A stretch of 32,000 bases of DNA from assembly GCA_030649895.1 (NCBI GenBank), contig JAUSEX010000057.1, positions 5,880 to 37,879 of the forward strand, in the 5' to 3' direction. Shown in pieces: positions 15,439 to 23,895 of the stretch. The notes beneath the pieces are model-generated. The model saw only the letters and a list, made by a program, of their open reading frames with translations, was not told the DNA's origin and searched no databases. Origin of the DNA: Candidatus Omnitrophota bacterium (lineage in GTDB: Bacteria > Omnitrophota > Gorgyraeia > Gorgyraeales > Gorgyraeaceae). The first letter of the stretch is position 1. Each line of letters opens with the position of its first letter. Position numbers and translations under genes: made by a program.

Positions 15439-16662
15439 ATGAGTTATGTAAAAGGGTTAAAATGCAGGGAGTGCGGAAGGCGCTATCCAAAAGAGCCGAT
15501 CTATGTCTGCGAATATTGTTTCGGGCCGTTAGAGGTGGATTACGATTACGAGAAGATAAAAAAGAAGCTGACTATAAAAGAGATAGAATCCAGGCCTAAA
15601 ACTATGTGGCGCTACAGAGAGCTTCTGCCTATTGATAAGGAACCTATAGTAGGGCTTCAGACGGGCTTCACCCCTTTAATAAGAGCCAGGAACCTGGAAA
15701 AGGCCTTGGGCGTGAAAGAGCTGTACTTAAAGGATGATTCTGTAAATCACCCGACCATGTCTTTTAAGGACAGGGTTGTAAGCGTGGCGTTAGCCAAGGC
15801 AAAAGAATTTGGATTTGAGACAGTGGCTTGCGCGTCTACAGGAAACCTTGCGAATTCAGTGGCAGCCCAGTCAGTAGTGGCTGGTTTTAAAAGGTATATA
15901 TTTATACCTGCCGATCTTGAGATGGGCAAGGTTATAGGGACCTTGATTTATAATCCGGTGCTCGTAGCAGTTGAAGGGAATTATGACCAGGTGAATAGAC
16001 TGTGTTCGGAAATCGCCATGAAATACAAATGGGCGTTTGTGAATATAAACATAAGGCCCTATTATGCTGAAGGCTCGAAGACTTACGGCTATGAGATTAT
16101 AGAGCAGTTAGGATGGAAAGCGCCAAGACATATTATAGTCCCCTGCGCGGGCGGGTCTCTTATTACTAAAATATGGAAGTCCCTGAAGGAATTCAAGGAC
16201 ATGGGTTTTATCGACAAGATTGATACAAAGATATACGCCAGCCAGGCTACAGGCTGCAGTCCGATAACTACTGCAATAAAAGAGAACCTTGAGATAATAA
16301 AGCCTGTTAAGCCGAATACTATTGCAAAGTCGCTTGCCATCGGTAACCCTGCTGACGGGGTTTATGCTATCGGGGCTGTAAAAGAATCCGGCGGCTGGGC
16401 AGAGGATGTGTCTGACGAGGAAATAGTGGAAGCAATTAAACTTTTAGCTTCAACCGAAGGGATATTCACCGAAACAGCTGGCGGGGTGACGCTGGGCACT
16501 GCAAAAAAACTTATTGAACAGGGAAGGATCCCGAAGAATGAGTCTATAGTTGTTTGCATAACAGGTAATGGCCTGAAAACGCAGGAAGCTGTTAAAGATA
16601 AGATAGGAAAACCGTTCAGGATAAAACCTGCGCTGGATTCTTTTGAACAGGCAATCAGTTAA
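15439..16662 (+). CDS. Threonine-synthase-family PLP enzyme with N-terminal Cys4 zinc ribbon (ThrC, or a sulfur-carrier-dependent homocysteine synthase of MetM type)
   Basis: MSYVKGLKCRECGRRYPKEPIYVCEYCFGPLEV, PLP lysine in HPTMSFKDRV, ASTGNLANS, and the glycine loop VPCAGGS. It lies immediately upstream of a MoaD-like carrier and an E1. Confidence 0.8.
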   Translation: MSYVKGLKCRECGRRYPKEPIYVCEYCFGPLEVDYDYEKIKKKLTIKEIESRPKTMWRYRELLPIDKEPIVGLQTGFTPLIRARNLEKALGVKELYLKDDSVNHPTMSFKDRVVSVALAKAKEFGFETVACASTGNLANSVAAQSVVAGFKRYIFIPADLEMGKVIGTLIYNPVLVAVEGNYDQVNRLCSEIAMKYKWAFVNINIRPYYAEGSKTYGYEIIEQLGWKAPRHIIVPCAGGSLITKIWKSLKEFKDMGFIDKIDTKIYASQATGCSPITTAIKENLEIIKPVKPNTIAKSLAIGNPADGVYAIGAVKESGGWAEDVSDEEIVEAIKLLASTEGIFTETAGGVTLGTAKKLIEQGRIPKNESIVVCITGNGLKTQEAVKDKIGKPFRIKPALDSFEQAIS

Positions 16663-16677
16663 AAAAAGGGGGTAGCT

Positions 16678-16956
16678 ATGTCAATAAAAGTCAGGATTCC
16701 AACGCCGCTTCAGAAGATGACTCAGAATAAAACTGAGGTGGAGTTAAGCGGATCCAATATAAGGGAATTGATCGATGACCTGGAGCGTAATTTCCCAGGC
16801 ATCAAGGAAAGGATCTGCGATGAAAAAGGTAAAATCCGCAGGTTTATAAACATCTATGTGAACGAAGAAGATATCAGGTTCTTAAAACAGGACCAGACCT
16901 CTCTTAAGGATGGCGACGAGATTTCAATAATTCCAGCTATCGCAGGAGGCTCGTAA
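16678..16956 (+). CDS. MoaD/ThiS/CysO-family ubiquitin-like sulfur carrier with C-terminal GG-Ser
   Basis: 92 aa. ..LKDGDEISIIPAIAGGS: the diglycine is followed by a single extra residue. RBS GGGGG lies upstream. Confidence 0.85.
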   Translation: MSIKVRIPTPLQKMTQNKTEVELSGSNIRELIDDLERNFPGIKERICDEKGKIRRFINIYVNEEDIRFLKQDQTSLKDGDEISIIPAIAGGS

Positions 16957-17768
16957 TGAAATTGCGCGATGACCAGATTGAAAGATATTCGAGACAGATA
17001 TTGCTTCCTAATATAGGAGGGAAAGGCCAGGAGAAATTGTTAAACGCAAAGGTCCTGGTGATAGGCGCGGGCGGATTAGGTTCTCCTTGCTTATTATATC
17101 TAGCTTCAGCAGGGATCGGGACGCTTGGCATCGTGGATTCAGATAAGGTTGAGCTGAATAATCTGCAGCGCCAGATAGTTCATTCCGTTAATACAGTGGG
17201 TAAGTCAAAGGTGGAGTCTGCGAAAGAGAGGTTGAGTGCTATAAACCCTGACGCGAAGATTATATCTTATGACGCAAGGCTCACATCAGCTAATATCCTG
17301 GATATTATCAAGGATTACGATATGGTTGTAGATGGTTCGGATAATTTTCCAACAAGGTATTTAGTTAATGACGCCTGCGTTTTTTCCAAAAAGCCATTGT
17401 CGCATGGCGGTATATTCAGATTTGACGGCCAGGCATTAACTATCTTACCGGGCAAGTTTGCTTGTTATAGGTGCCTGTTCCCAGAGCCTCCGCCTCCAGG
17501 ACTTGTTCCGAGTTGTCAGGAAGCAGGGATACTTGGCGCAGTTGCAGGGGTAATAGGTACTATACAGGCAAATGAAGTTTTAAAATACGTGCTTGGCATA
17601 GGAGAGCTGTTGACAGGAAAACTTCTTGTGTTCAACGCCTTGGACTCGTTCTTCCGGCAGGTAAAGGTTCCAAGAGACCCAAAATGCCCAGTATGCGGAG
17701 CAAATCCCAGCATAACCAAGCTTATAGATTATGAACAATTCTGTCAGATAAGAAAAAAGGAGGCGTAA
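16956..17768 (+). CDS. ThiF/MoeB/HesA-family E1-like adenylyltransferase (no rhodanese domain)
   Basis: RYSRQILLPNIGGKGQEKL..VLVIGAGGLGSP..DSDKVELNNLQRQ, and zinc cysteines CYRC .. CPVC. TAATG overlap with the carrier gene. Confidence 0.9.
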   Translation: MKLRDDQIERYSRQILLPNIGGKGQEKLLNAKVLVIGAGGLGSPCLLYLASAGIGTLGIVDSDKVELNNLQRQIVHSVNTVGKSKVESAKERLSAINPDAKIISYDARLTSANILDIIKDYDMVVDGSDNFPTRYLVNDACVFSKKPLSHGGIFRFDGQALTILPGKFACYRCLFPEPPPPGLVPSCQEAGILGAVAGVIGTIQANEVLKYVLGIGELLTGKLLVFNALDSFFRQVKVPRDPKCPVCGANPSITKLIDYEQFCQIRKKEA

Positions 17769-17772
17769 TAAA

Positions 17773-18012
17773 ATGGCTAAACAAATGCTGCATTTAATAT
17801 TTCCTCAGAAGCTGATTAAAAAGCCTGTAATTTACACTATGGCAAAGAAATACGATGTTGTGCCGAATATAAGAAGGGCGAAGATTACTGAAACAGTCGG
17901 GGAAGTTACGCTGGAATTAAACGCCACGGAAGAAAATCTTAAAAAGGCGCAAAGATATTTAGAAAAAACAGGGATTAAGATTGAACTTGTTGTGGGCGAT
18001 ATAGTAGAATAG
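17773..18012 (+). CDS. Stand-alone NIL-domain protein
   Basis: 79 aa. LIFPQKLIKKPVIYTMAKKYDVVPNIRRAKITETVGEVTLEL..LEKTGIKIELV resembles the NIL domain found at MetN C-termini and in the methanogen NIL-ferredoxin partner of COG1900. Confidence 0.7.
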   Translation: MAKQMLHLIFPQKLIKKPVIYTMAKKYDVVPNIRRAKITETVGEVTLELNATEENLKKAQRYLEKTGIKIELVVGDIVE

Positions 18013-18029
18013 AAGATAAATAGATACCT

Positions 18030-18135
18030 GAAGAAGGCGACGGGGAGGTTGCAGGCAGCAGCCTGAGAGTTCTGCTTATTTCTAGCAGATTACCCGGTAA
18101 ACCTGATCTGGATAATGCCAGCGTAGGGATGGATG
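18030..18135 (+). promoter_or_regulatory. TPP (THI-box) riboswitch aptamer
   Basis: CGGGGAGG..GCCTGAGAG..TTACCCGGTAAACCTGATCTGGATAATGCCAGCGTAGGGATGG contains the invariant CUGAGA, ACCUGAUCUGGAUAAUGCCAGCG and AGGGA elements. It lies upstream of thiE. Confidence 0.93.
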
Positions 18136-18139
18136 CGAT

Positions 18140-18174
18140 AGGCCCTTATGTTTTGGCGTAAGGGCCTTTTTTTG
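18140..18174 (+). terminator. Riboswitch expression-platform intrinsic terminator
   Basis: AGGCCCTTA (18140-18148) pairs with TAAGGGCCT (18159-18167), followed by a T7 run, 10 nt before the thiE ATG. Confidence 0.85.
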
Positions 18175-18184
18175 GAGAAAAAAA

Positions 18185-18823
18185 ATGCAGAAGATAGACG
18201 ATTATAGCTTATACCTTGTAATAAGCGAAGAGTATGGTCTTGGTAAAAGCGCGCTAGAGATAGCAAGGCTTGCTATCTTAGGCGGGGTTGATATTATACA
18301 GATGAGGGAAAAGAGCAAAACCGGGAACGAGCTGGCGAAACTCGCTTGCGAGCTTTCGATGCTTTGCAAAGAAAAAGGCGTCGCGTTCATAGTGAATGAT
18401 GACCCGTTGATAGCTAAAGAAAGCGATGCCAGCGGCGTGCATCTTGGGCAAGAAGATATGCAGAAATATACCGTAACCGGGGCAAGAAAAATTATCGGAA
18501 AAGGCAAGATAATTGGCATCTCAACTCATTCTGTAGCTGAAATAGAAAGGGCGAATAAAGATGACGTTGATTATATAGCTTTTGGGCCTATTTTCCCGAC
18601 AAAGGCAAAAAACTATTTTATAGGCATCAAGGATATTAAAGAAGCGTTAAAGGTTGCCAAAAAACCATTGGTTTTTATAGGCGGCATTAACCTGTCTAAT
18701 CTGGATGAGATTTTAAAAGAAGGCGGGAAAAATATAGCTTTGATCAGGGATATAATACAGGCTGAGGATATCGCTGGCATGGCTGGTAATTTTAAGAAAA
18801 GGCTTGAAAAAGAAAAGGGCTGA
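18185..18823 (+). CDS. thiE: Thiamine-phosphate synthase
   Basis: 212 aa. YLVISEE.., [38 protein letters not shown], and IGGI. Confidence 0.9.
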   Translation: MQKIDDYSLYLVISEEYGLGKSALEIARLAILGGVDIIQMREKSKTGNELAKLACELSMLCKEKGVAFIVNDDPLIAKESDASGVHLGQEDMQKYTVTGARKIIGKGKIIGISTHSVAEIERANKDDVDYIAFGPIFPTKAKNYFIGIKDIKEALKVAKKPLVFIGGINLSNLDEILKEGGKNIALIRDIIQAEDIAGMAGNFKKRLEKEKG

Positions 18824-18830
18824 GGATCAT

Positions 18831-19619
18831 ATGGACGATATATTGACCATAGGCGGAAGAGAAATAAATAACCGGCTATTTATCGGCACCGGCAAGTTTT
18901 CCAGTTATTTGCTGATGAGAGACGCCCTGGAGGCCGCAGAGCCAGATGTCGTTACTGTTGCGCTGAGACGGATCGATATCGGTTCAAAGACAGACAACAT
19001 CCTGGAGTATATTCCAAAAAAATGCATAGTTATGCCGAATACTTCCGGCGCAAGGAACGCTGGCGAGGCTGTGCGTATCGCAAGGCTGGCTAAATCAGGC
19101 GGAGCAGGCAATTGGATAAAGGTGGAAGTGATACGGGACAACAAATATCTCCTTCCGGATAATCTTGAAACCTTGAAGGCCACCGAGGTTCTTGCGAAAG
19201 AAGGCTTTGTCGTGCTTCCGTACATGAGCCCGGACTTATCAATGGCCCAAAGGCTTGTTGATGCAGGCGCAGCCGCTGTTATGCCGCTGGGGTCTCCCAT
19301 AGGAAGTAATAGAGGAATCAAGACAAGAGAACTTGTCGACATAATGATCCGCGAGATAAGACTTCCTGTTATAGTAGACGCGGGTTTAGGTGTGCCGTCC
19401 GATGCCTGTGAGTGTATGGAGATCGGATGCGCGGCAGTGCTTGTCAATACCGCCATTGCTATAGCTAAAGATCCGGCTAGTATGGCAAAAGCATTCAGGG
19501 AGGCGGTTAGCGCGGGCAGGCGCGCATATCTTGCAGGCCTTTCTTCCGCCGGAAAACATGCGACAGCGTCTTCGCCGCTTACCGGGTTTCTGCGAAAAGA
19601 AGAAAGCGCGTCCATTTAA
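18831..19619 (+). CDS. thiG: Thiazole synthase
   Basis: Start ATG 18831 follows [47 protein letters not shown], and [12 protein letters not shown]. Confidence 0.92.
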   Translation: MDDILTIGGREINNRLFIGTGKFSSYLLMRDALEAAEPDVVTVALRRIDIGSKTDNILEYIPKKCIVMPNTSGARNAGEAVRIARLAKSGGAGNWIKVEVIRDNKYLLPDNLETLKATEVLAKEGFVVLPYMSPDLSMAQRLVDAGAAAVMPLGSPIGSNRGIKTRELVDIMIREIRLPVIVDAGLGVPSDACECMEIGCAAVLVNTAIAIAKDPASMAKAFREAVSAGRRAYLAGLSSAGKHATASSPLTGFLRKEESASI

Positions 19620-19655
19620 GATACGGTCGCAGCCGTACCCGCAGGGAGGCTTGTA

Positions 19656-20768
19656 GTGAGTTTTTACGAAATCTACGCAAAATATAAAAACCTTCCATTT
19701 GAAGATATTTTTTATAATGTCTCGCCTAGAGACGTAGATGCGGCAATTAACTCCGAGAGGCGGGATGAAAGCCAATTTTTAGCGCTCCTTTCTCCGGCTG
19801 CTGAAAATTACTTGGAAGATATGGCTCAGGAGGCGCATAGTTTAACATTAAGGCATTTCGGCAAAACCATCCAGCTATACACGCCCATGTATTTATCCAA
19901 TTATTGTGAAAATGAATGCGCCTATTGCGGATTCAATTCCAGAAACGATATTGCCAGAAAAAAATTAAGCCTGGAAGAAGTGGAAAAAGAAGCCGCGTTT
20001 ATTACGTCAACAGGGCTCGAGCATATTTTAATACTGACGGGAGAGTCCAGAGAAAAGAGCTCGCCGGAGTACATAAGAGACTGCGTCAGGGTATTAAAAA
20101 AATATTTTAGCTCGATATCGATAGAAATATATGCGTTAACAGGAAGAGAGTATGCCCGGATAGCGGCCGAGGGCGTAGACGGATTGGCCTTGTATCAGGA
20201 AACATATGATGAGGGAATTTATGATAAGGTGCACAAGCGAGGGCCTAAAAAAGATTATTTATTCCGGCTCGACGCTCCGGAAAGGGCAGCAAAAAATGGT
20301 ATCAGGAATGTAAACATAGGAGTTTTATTGGGGCTGAATGACTGGCGGAGAGATATTTTCTTCATGGGGTTTCATGCGAAATATCTTCAGGATAAATTTT
20401 ATGATGTAGAAATAGGCGCATCTATACCAAGGCTCAGGCCTCATGCCGGGGATTTTAAGATATCGGGTGATCTCAGTGACAGGAATATAGCGCAGATAAT
20501 CACAGCTTTGAGGATTTTTCTGCCGCGCCTCGGGATTACGATATCGACGCGGGAAAGCCCTCAGCTCAGGGAAGGCTTGCTGCCGCTCGGCGTTACCCGT
20601 ATGTCAGCAGATTCCTCTACTGCGGTAGGCGGGCACACTATAAAACCTCGCGGGGGATTGAATTCGCCTCAATTTGAAATTTCAGATACTAGAAACGTGG
20701 AAGAGATAAAGGCCATGTTAACGGCGAGAGGATATCAGCCGGTCTTAAAAGACTGGATGCAAATATAA
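19656..20768 (+). CDS. thiH: 2-iminoacetate synthase (tyrosine lyase), radical SAM
   Basis: GTG 19656 lies 6 nt after GGGAGG. Radical-SAM CENECAYCGF. Length and position after thiG fit ThiH. Confidence 0.88.
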   Translation: MSFYEIYAKYKNLPFEDIFYNVSPRDVDAAINSERRDESQFLALLSPAAENYLEDMAQEAHSLTLRHFGKTIQLYTPMYLSNYCENECAYCGFNSRNDIARKKLSLEEVEKEAAFITSTGLEHILILTGESREKSSPEYIRDCVRVLKKYFSSISIEIYALTGREYARIAAEGVDGLALYQETYDEGIYDKVHKRGPKKDYLFRLDAPERAAKNGIRNVNIGVLLGLNDWRRDIFFMGFHAKYLQDKFYDVEIGASIPRLRPHAGDFKISGDLSDRNIAQIITALRIFLPRLGITISTRESPQLREGLLPLGVTRMSADSSTAVGGHTIKPRGGLNSPQFEISDTRNVEEIKAMLTARGYQPVLKDWMQI

Positions 20769-20907
20769 CGAGATAGGTGCTTATGCGTAATTATTTTTCT
20801 GCGGATCAGGGAGGCGGTAAAAATACCTTGCTAAATGTCGTGGTTTATGATAATTTTTATTATGTTTATAGCTTAGCCTAGCCGGTCAACCATCTCTTGG
20901 CCAGAAA

Positions 20908-22875
20908 ATGAAAAGAAAACCAAACAATAGACGAGCAAAAATCGACCAGATGCAGATTAAGCACAGGGGTGCAATGCGTAAGTATGAACTCCTGTCTTAT
21001 TTCATGGATAACATCCCGGATGTTATCTATTTCAAGAACAGGAAAGGGGAGCTGGTTTTAGTAAATCAGGCTCACGCGAAAGGTTTGGGCATGAAGTCCG
21101 AGGACGTTATTGGGAAAACAGATTTCGATTTCTTTCCAAAAAACAGGGCCCGGAGAATGGCCAAAGACGACTCGTTTGTTATAAGAACCGGAAAGCCCAT
21201 GATTGATAAAGTAGAGAGAGCTACGCGGCCTGATGGCGTGGATAATTATGTCTCTACGACTAAAATACCTATGCGCGACGGAAAAGGCAACGTTATAGGT
21301 TTAGCTGGCATCACCAGGGATATTACAAAACGCATGCAGTTCGAGCATTTAGAAAAAGAAAAGGCGCGCATCGAAAAAAAATTAGAAGTCCTGGAAACCA
21401 TGAATAAAGTAAAGTCAGATTTTATCTCGACTGTTTCGCATGAACTCAGGACGCCGCTGGCAATCATAAAACAGCTGGTTGCCCTTATTTTTGAAGAGGT
21501 TGCCGGCCAGATTAACGATAAACAAAAGGAGATAATTAAAAAGGTCGAAAATAATATAGAGCGTTTGAAAAAACTTATAGAAGATCTGCTTGATATGTCC
21601 AGGATAGACAGAGATAAGCTTGAATTGCACTATTCTTTAATTAATTTTTGCGACCTGTTGAAAGACTCCGCAGATTTTTATAAAAAGCTAGCGGAAGAAA
21701 AAGGGGTAAATCTGAAATACGATTTTCCGAATAAAGAGTTAAATCTTTTTATTGACGCGGATAGGATCAACCAGGTTATAGCGAATCTTATTAATAACGC
21801 CATAAAATTTACAGAAGAAGGCGGAAGCATTTCCATAGAGATAAAAGTCTTGGAGACAAAGATCAGGGTGGGAGTCATAGATACGGGTATAGGCATTTCT
21901 AAGACAGATCTGCCGCAGCTTTTCAATAGATTCGTACAGGTTTCTAATGATGGAGGCGCAGGGAGAAAAGGCGTAGGATTGGGGCTTTCAATAGTAAAAG
22001 AGCTGGTAAAAAGGCATGATGGAGAGGTCTGGGTCGAGTCTGAGCTAGGCGTAGGAAGTAAGTTTTACTTTACCTTGCCACGTTTTTACAGGCCTGACAT
22101 ATTAGATAAAGACGCCAAAGATAAGGTGGATAATTTCTTAAAAAAAGGCATATCCGTGCAGTTTGTTAATTTAATAATCGTTAATTATAAAGGATTCAAA
22201 GAGAGGATCAAAATTAATCCCGAGAAATTGTTCGGGGATTTAAAATTTATTATGAATACAGCATTCAAAGGGGCCAGCAAAGGTAATTTTAAAGGTTTTC
22301 CCCTTATATTGACGGACATAAAAAATGGAAAATGCAGTATCGTTTTTCCCAAGCTGGCAGAAAGGGAAAGTGCCAGGGCAGTCCAGTTGTTTAAGGATAA
22401 AGTAAAGAATTATTTTATGGAGCAAAAGGTTGAATCCGCCTTTGTAAATATAGGAGTTTTGTCTTGCCCGACCAAGGCTCGCTCGCCTGTGACCAGAAAG
22501 TTTTCCGCCAGCTTTACCGTAAAGGAAGTATATGTTGGTTTGGAGATGAGGCGGTTTAAAAGGGTTTTTTGTAAGATGAAGATTAAAATTTTTCTTCCGG
22601 GAAATAAAACGGAAACAATGCAGACTGTCGATATATCCGAAGGCGGAGTTTGTTTTATAACCAGAAAATTGTTAAAAGCGGATTCGGAGATAGATATTAA
22701 TCTGCGGTTTGATAAAACCAAAGAGTCTGTTATTCGCGCCAAGGCGCGCGTGGCTTGGATCAAAAAGATAGAATTGCTGTCAGGGGAGCCGGTTAATAAG
22801 TATAAAGTAGGAGTGGAATTTGTCGGCTTAGAAAGCAAGTATAGGAAAGTTATTTCTAAAGAGTTACGGTTTTAA
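20908..22875 (+). CDS. Cytoplasmic PAS sensor histidine kinase with an uncharacterised ~150-aa module and C-terminal PilZ domain
   Basis: PAS: IPDVIYFKNRKGELVLVNQAHAKGLG..GITRDIT. HisKA: FISTVSHELRTPL. HATPase: NLINNAIKFT, DTGIGIS, GVGLGLSIV. C-terminal PilZ motifs RRFKR (RxxxR) and DISEGG ((D/N)xSxxG). No TM segments were seen. Confidence 0.82.
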   Translation: MKRKPNNRRAKIDQMQIKHRGAMRKYELLSYFMDNIPDVIYFKNRKGELVLVNQAHAKGLGMKSEDVIGKTDFDFFPKNRARRMAKDDSFVIRTGKPMIDKVERATRPDGVDNYVSTTKIPMRDGKGNVIGLAGITRDITKRMQFEHLEKEKARIEKKLEVLETMNKVKSDFISTVSHELRTPLAIIKQLVALIFEEVAGQINDKQKEIIKKVENNIERLKKLIEDLLDMSRIDRDKLELHYSLINFCDLLKDSADFYKKLAEEKGVNLKYDFPNKELNLFIDADRINQVIANLINNAIKFTEEGGSISIEIKVLETKIRVGVIDTGIGISKTDLPQLFNRFVQVSNDGGAGRKGVGLGLSIVKELVKRHDGEVWVESELGVGSKFYFTLPRFYRPDILDKDAKDKVDNFLKKGISVQFVNLIIVNYKGFKERIKINPEKLFGDLKFIMNTAFKGASKGNFKGFPLILTDIKNGKCSIVFPKLAERESARAVQLFKDKVKNYFMEQKVESAFVNIGVLSCPTKARSPVTRKFSASFTVKEVYVGLEMRRFKRVFCKMKIKIFLPGNKTETMQTVDISEGGVCFITRKLLKADSEIDINLRFDKTKESVIRAKARVAWIKKIELLSGEPVNKYKVGVEFVGLESKYRKVISKELRF

Positions 22876-22890
22876 TTTAGGAGGCAGGAC

Positions 22891-23280
22891 ATGACAGTAG
22901 ATAAAAATTATAAGAAAAGGATTTTGCTTGTGGAAGATGAAAAGGATATGGCGTACGCTGTAACCCTTCAACTGGAGGCCAAAGGATATGAAGTAATTGT
23001 CGCTTCTGACGGCAGGGAAGGACTCGGTATGGCGCGTACGAAAAAACCGGATTTAATCATATTGGATCTGATGTTGCCAAAAATAGACGGTTATAAGGTT
23101 TGCCGTATGTTGAAATTCGATGATAAATACATGAAGATCCCTGTTATTCTGTTTACTTCCAGAGCTCTGGATTCAGATAAAAAGACAGGTAAAGAAGTCG
23201 GGGCTGACGCCTATATAACCAAGCCATTTGAGCCAAGCGTGCTTTTAGACAAGATTTGCGAATTACTAGCCGCATCATAA
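22891..23280 (+). CDS. Single-domain CheY-like response regulator
   Basis: ILLVEDE, phospho-acceptor context DLIILDLMLP, TS.., and YITKPF. 129 aa with no output domain. Confidence 0.9.
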   Translation: MTVDKNYKKRILLVEDEKDMAYAVTLQLEAKGYEVIVASDGREGLGMARTKKPDLIILDLMLPKIDGYKVCRMLKFDDKYMKIPVILFTSRALDSDKKTGKEVGADAYITKPFEPSVLLDKICELLAAS

Positions 23281-23297
23281 ATAAAATTGGTTTTTTC

Positions 23298-23325
23298 TTG
23301 ACACTCTTTTTTGTTATGTTATAAT
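23298..23325 (+). promoter_or_regulatory. Near-consensus sigma70 promoter for the Rrf2-cysK cluster
   Basis: TTGACA at 23298-23303, a 16-nt spacer, and an extended -10 TGtTATAAT ending at 23325. Confidence 0.65.
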
Positions 23326-23367
23326 CTATACCAAAGCAATAGAGATAATAGACATTAGAGGGCTTAG

Positions 23368-23820
23368 ATGAAAATAACATTTAAAGGCGATTATAGCTTA
23401 AAAGCAATGCTTGAATTGGCGCTTCATTATAATAAAGGAGTGCTTCCTATCCAGGATTTAGCCAAAAAGGGCGATATACCGTTTAAATTTTTAGAGCAAA
23501 TACTCCTGACTTTGAAAAAAGGCGGTTTTGTTGATAGTAAAAGAGGCATAGATGGAGGATATTTTTTAGCCAAGTCTCCAGAAACCATAACAGTAGGAGA
23601 TGTGATAAGATTTATCGAGGGCCCGATCGAGCCAGTGGCGTGCGCTAACAAGGATCGATATGAAGAATGTAAAGATTTTCCTTACTGTGTATTTAAGGAT
23701 ATTTGGAACAATGTTTATACGGCGACGTCTCTAGTGATAGACACTGTTACATTTGCCGAGCTCGTGAGAAGAGTCGGTAACATAAAAAGTAAAAGCGAAA
23801 ACGCTTCCTATTCTATTTAA
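23368..23820 (+). CDS. Rrf2-family transcriptional regulator (CymR/IscR-like) with three C-terminal cysteines
   Basis: MKITFKGDYSLKAMLELA.., the wHTH block FLEQILLTLKKGGFVDSKRGIDGGYFLAK, and a CANKDRYEECKDFPYC cysteine cluster in the position used for Fe-S ligation in IscR/NsrR-type members. Confidence 0.85.
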   Translation: MKITFKGDYSLKAMLELALHYNKGVLPIQDLAKKGDIPFKFLEQILLTLKKGGFVDSKRGIDGGYFLAKSPETITVGDVIRFIEGPIEPVACANKDRYEECKDFPYCVFKDIWNNVYTATSLVIDTVTFAELVRRVGNIKSKSENASYSI

Positions 23821-23862
23821 ACTTCTGGCCGCATACGCCTGGATTACGACAGGGCTCTGGGT

Positions 23863-23885
23863 CAAATTTTACTTTGTAAAATTTG
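23863..23885. promoter_or_regulatory. Perfect 10-bp palindrome CAAATTTTAC-ttt-GTAAAATTTG abutting the cysK Shine-Dalgarno (candidate operator or 5'-UTR hairpin)
   Basis: Read directly. GGAGGG at 23885-23890 and ATG at 23896. 22/24 nt are identical to 1751-1774. Confidence 0.55.
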
Positions 23886-23895
23886 GAGGGTAACT

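Noticed and set aside
18905-19615. Long antisense ORFs inside well-supported + strand genes. Examples: 18905-19615 (236 aa, in thiG), 14289-14768, 10500-10976, 22410-22838, 27733-28215, 28212-28676 and 29832-30248.
   Set aside because: Each lies fully within a + strand gene with strong family motifs. Their translations are low-complexity or hydrophobic with no recognisable motifs and no RBS. They are typical shadow ORFs.
19916-20110. A 64-aa + strand ORF inside thiH in another frame.
   Set aside because: It is embedded in the radical-SAM core of thiH. The peptide is basic and low-complexity, with no RBS.
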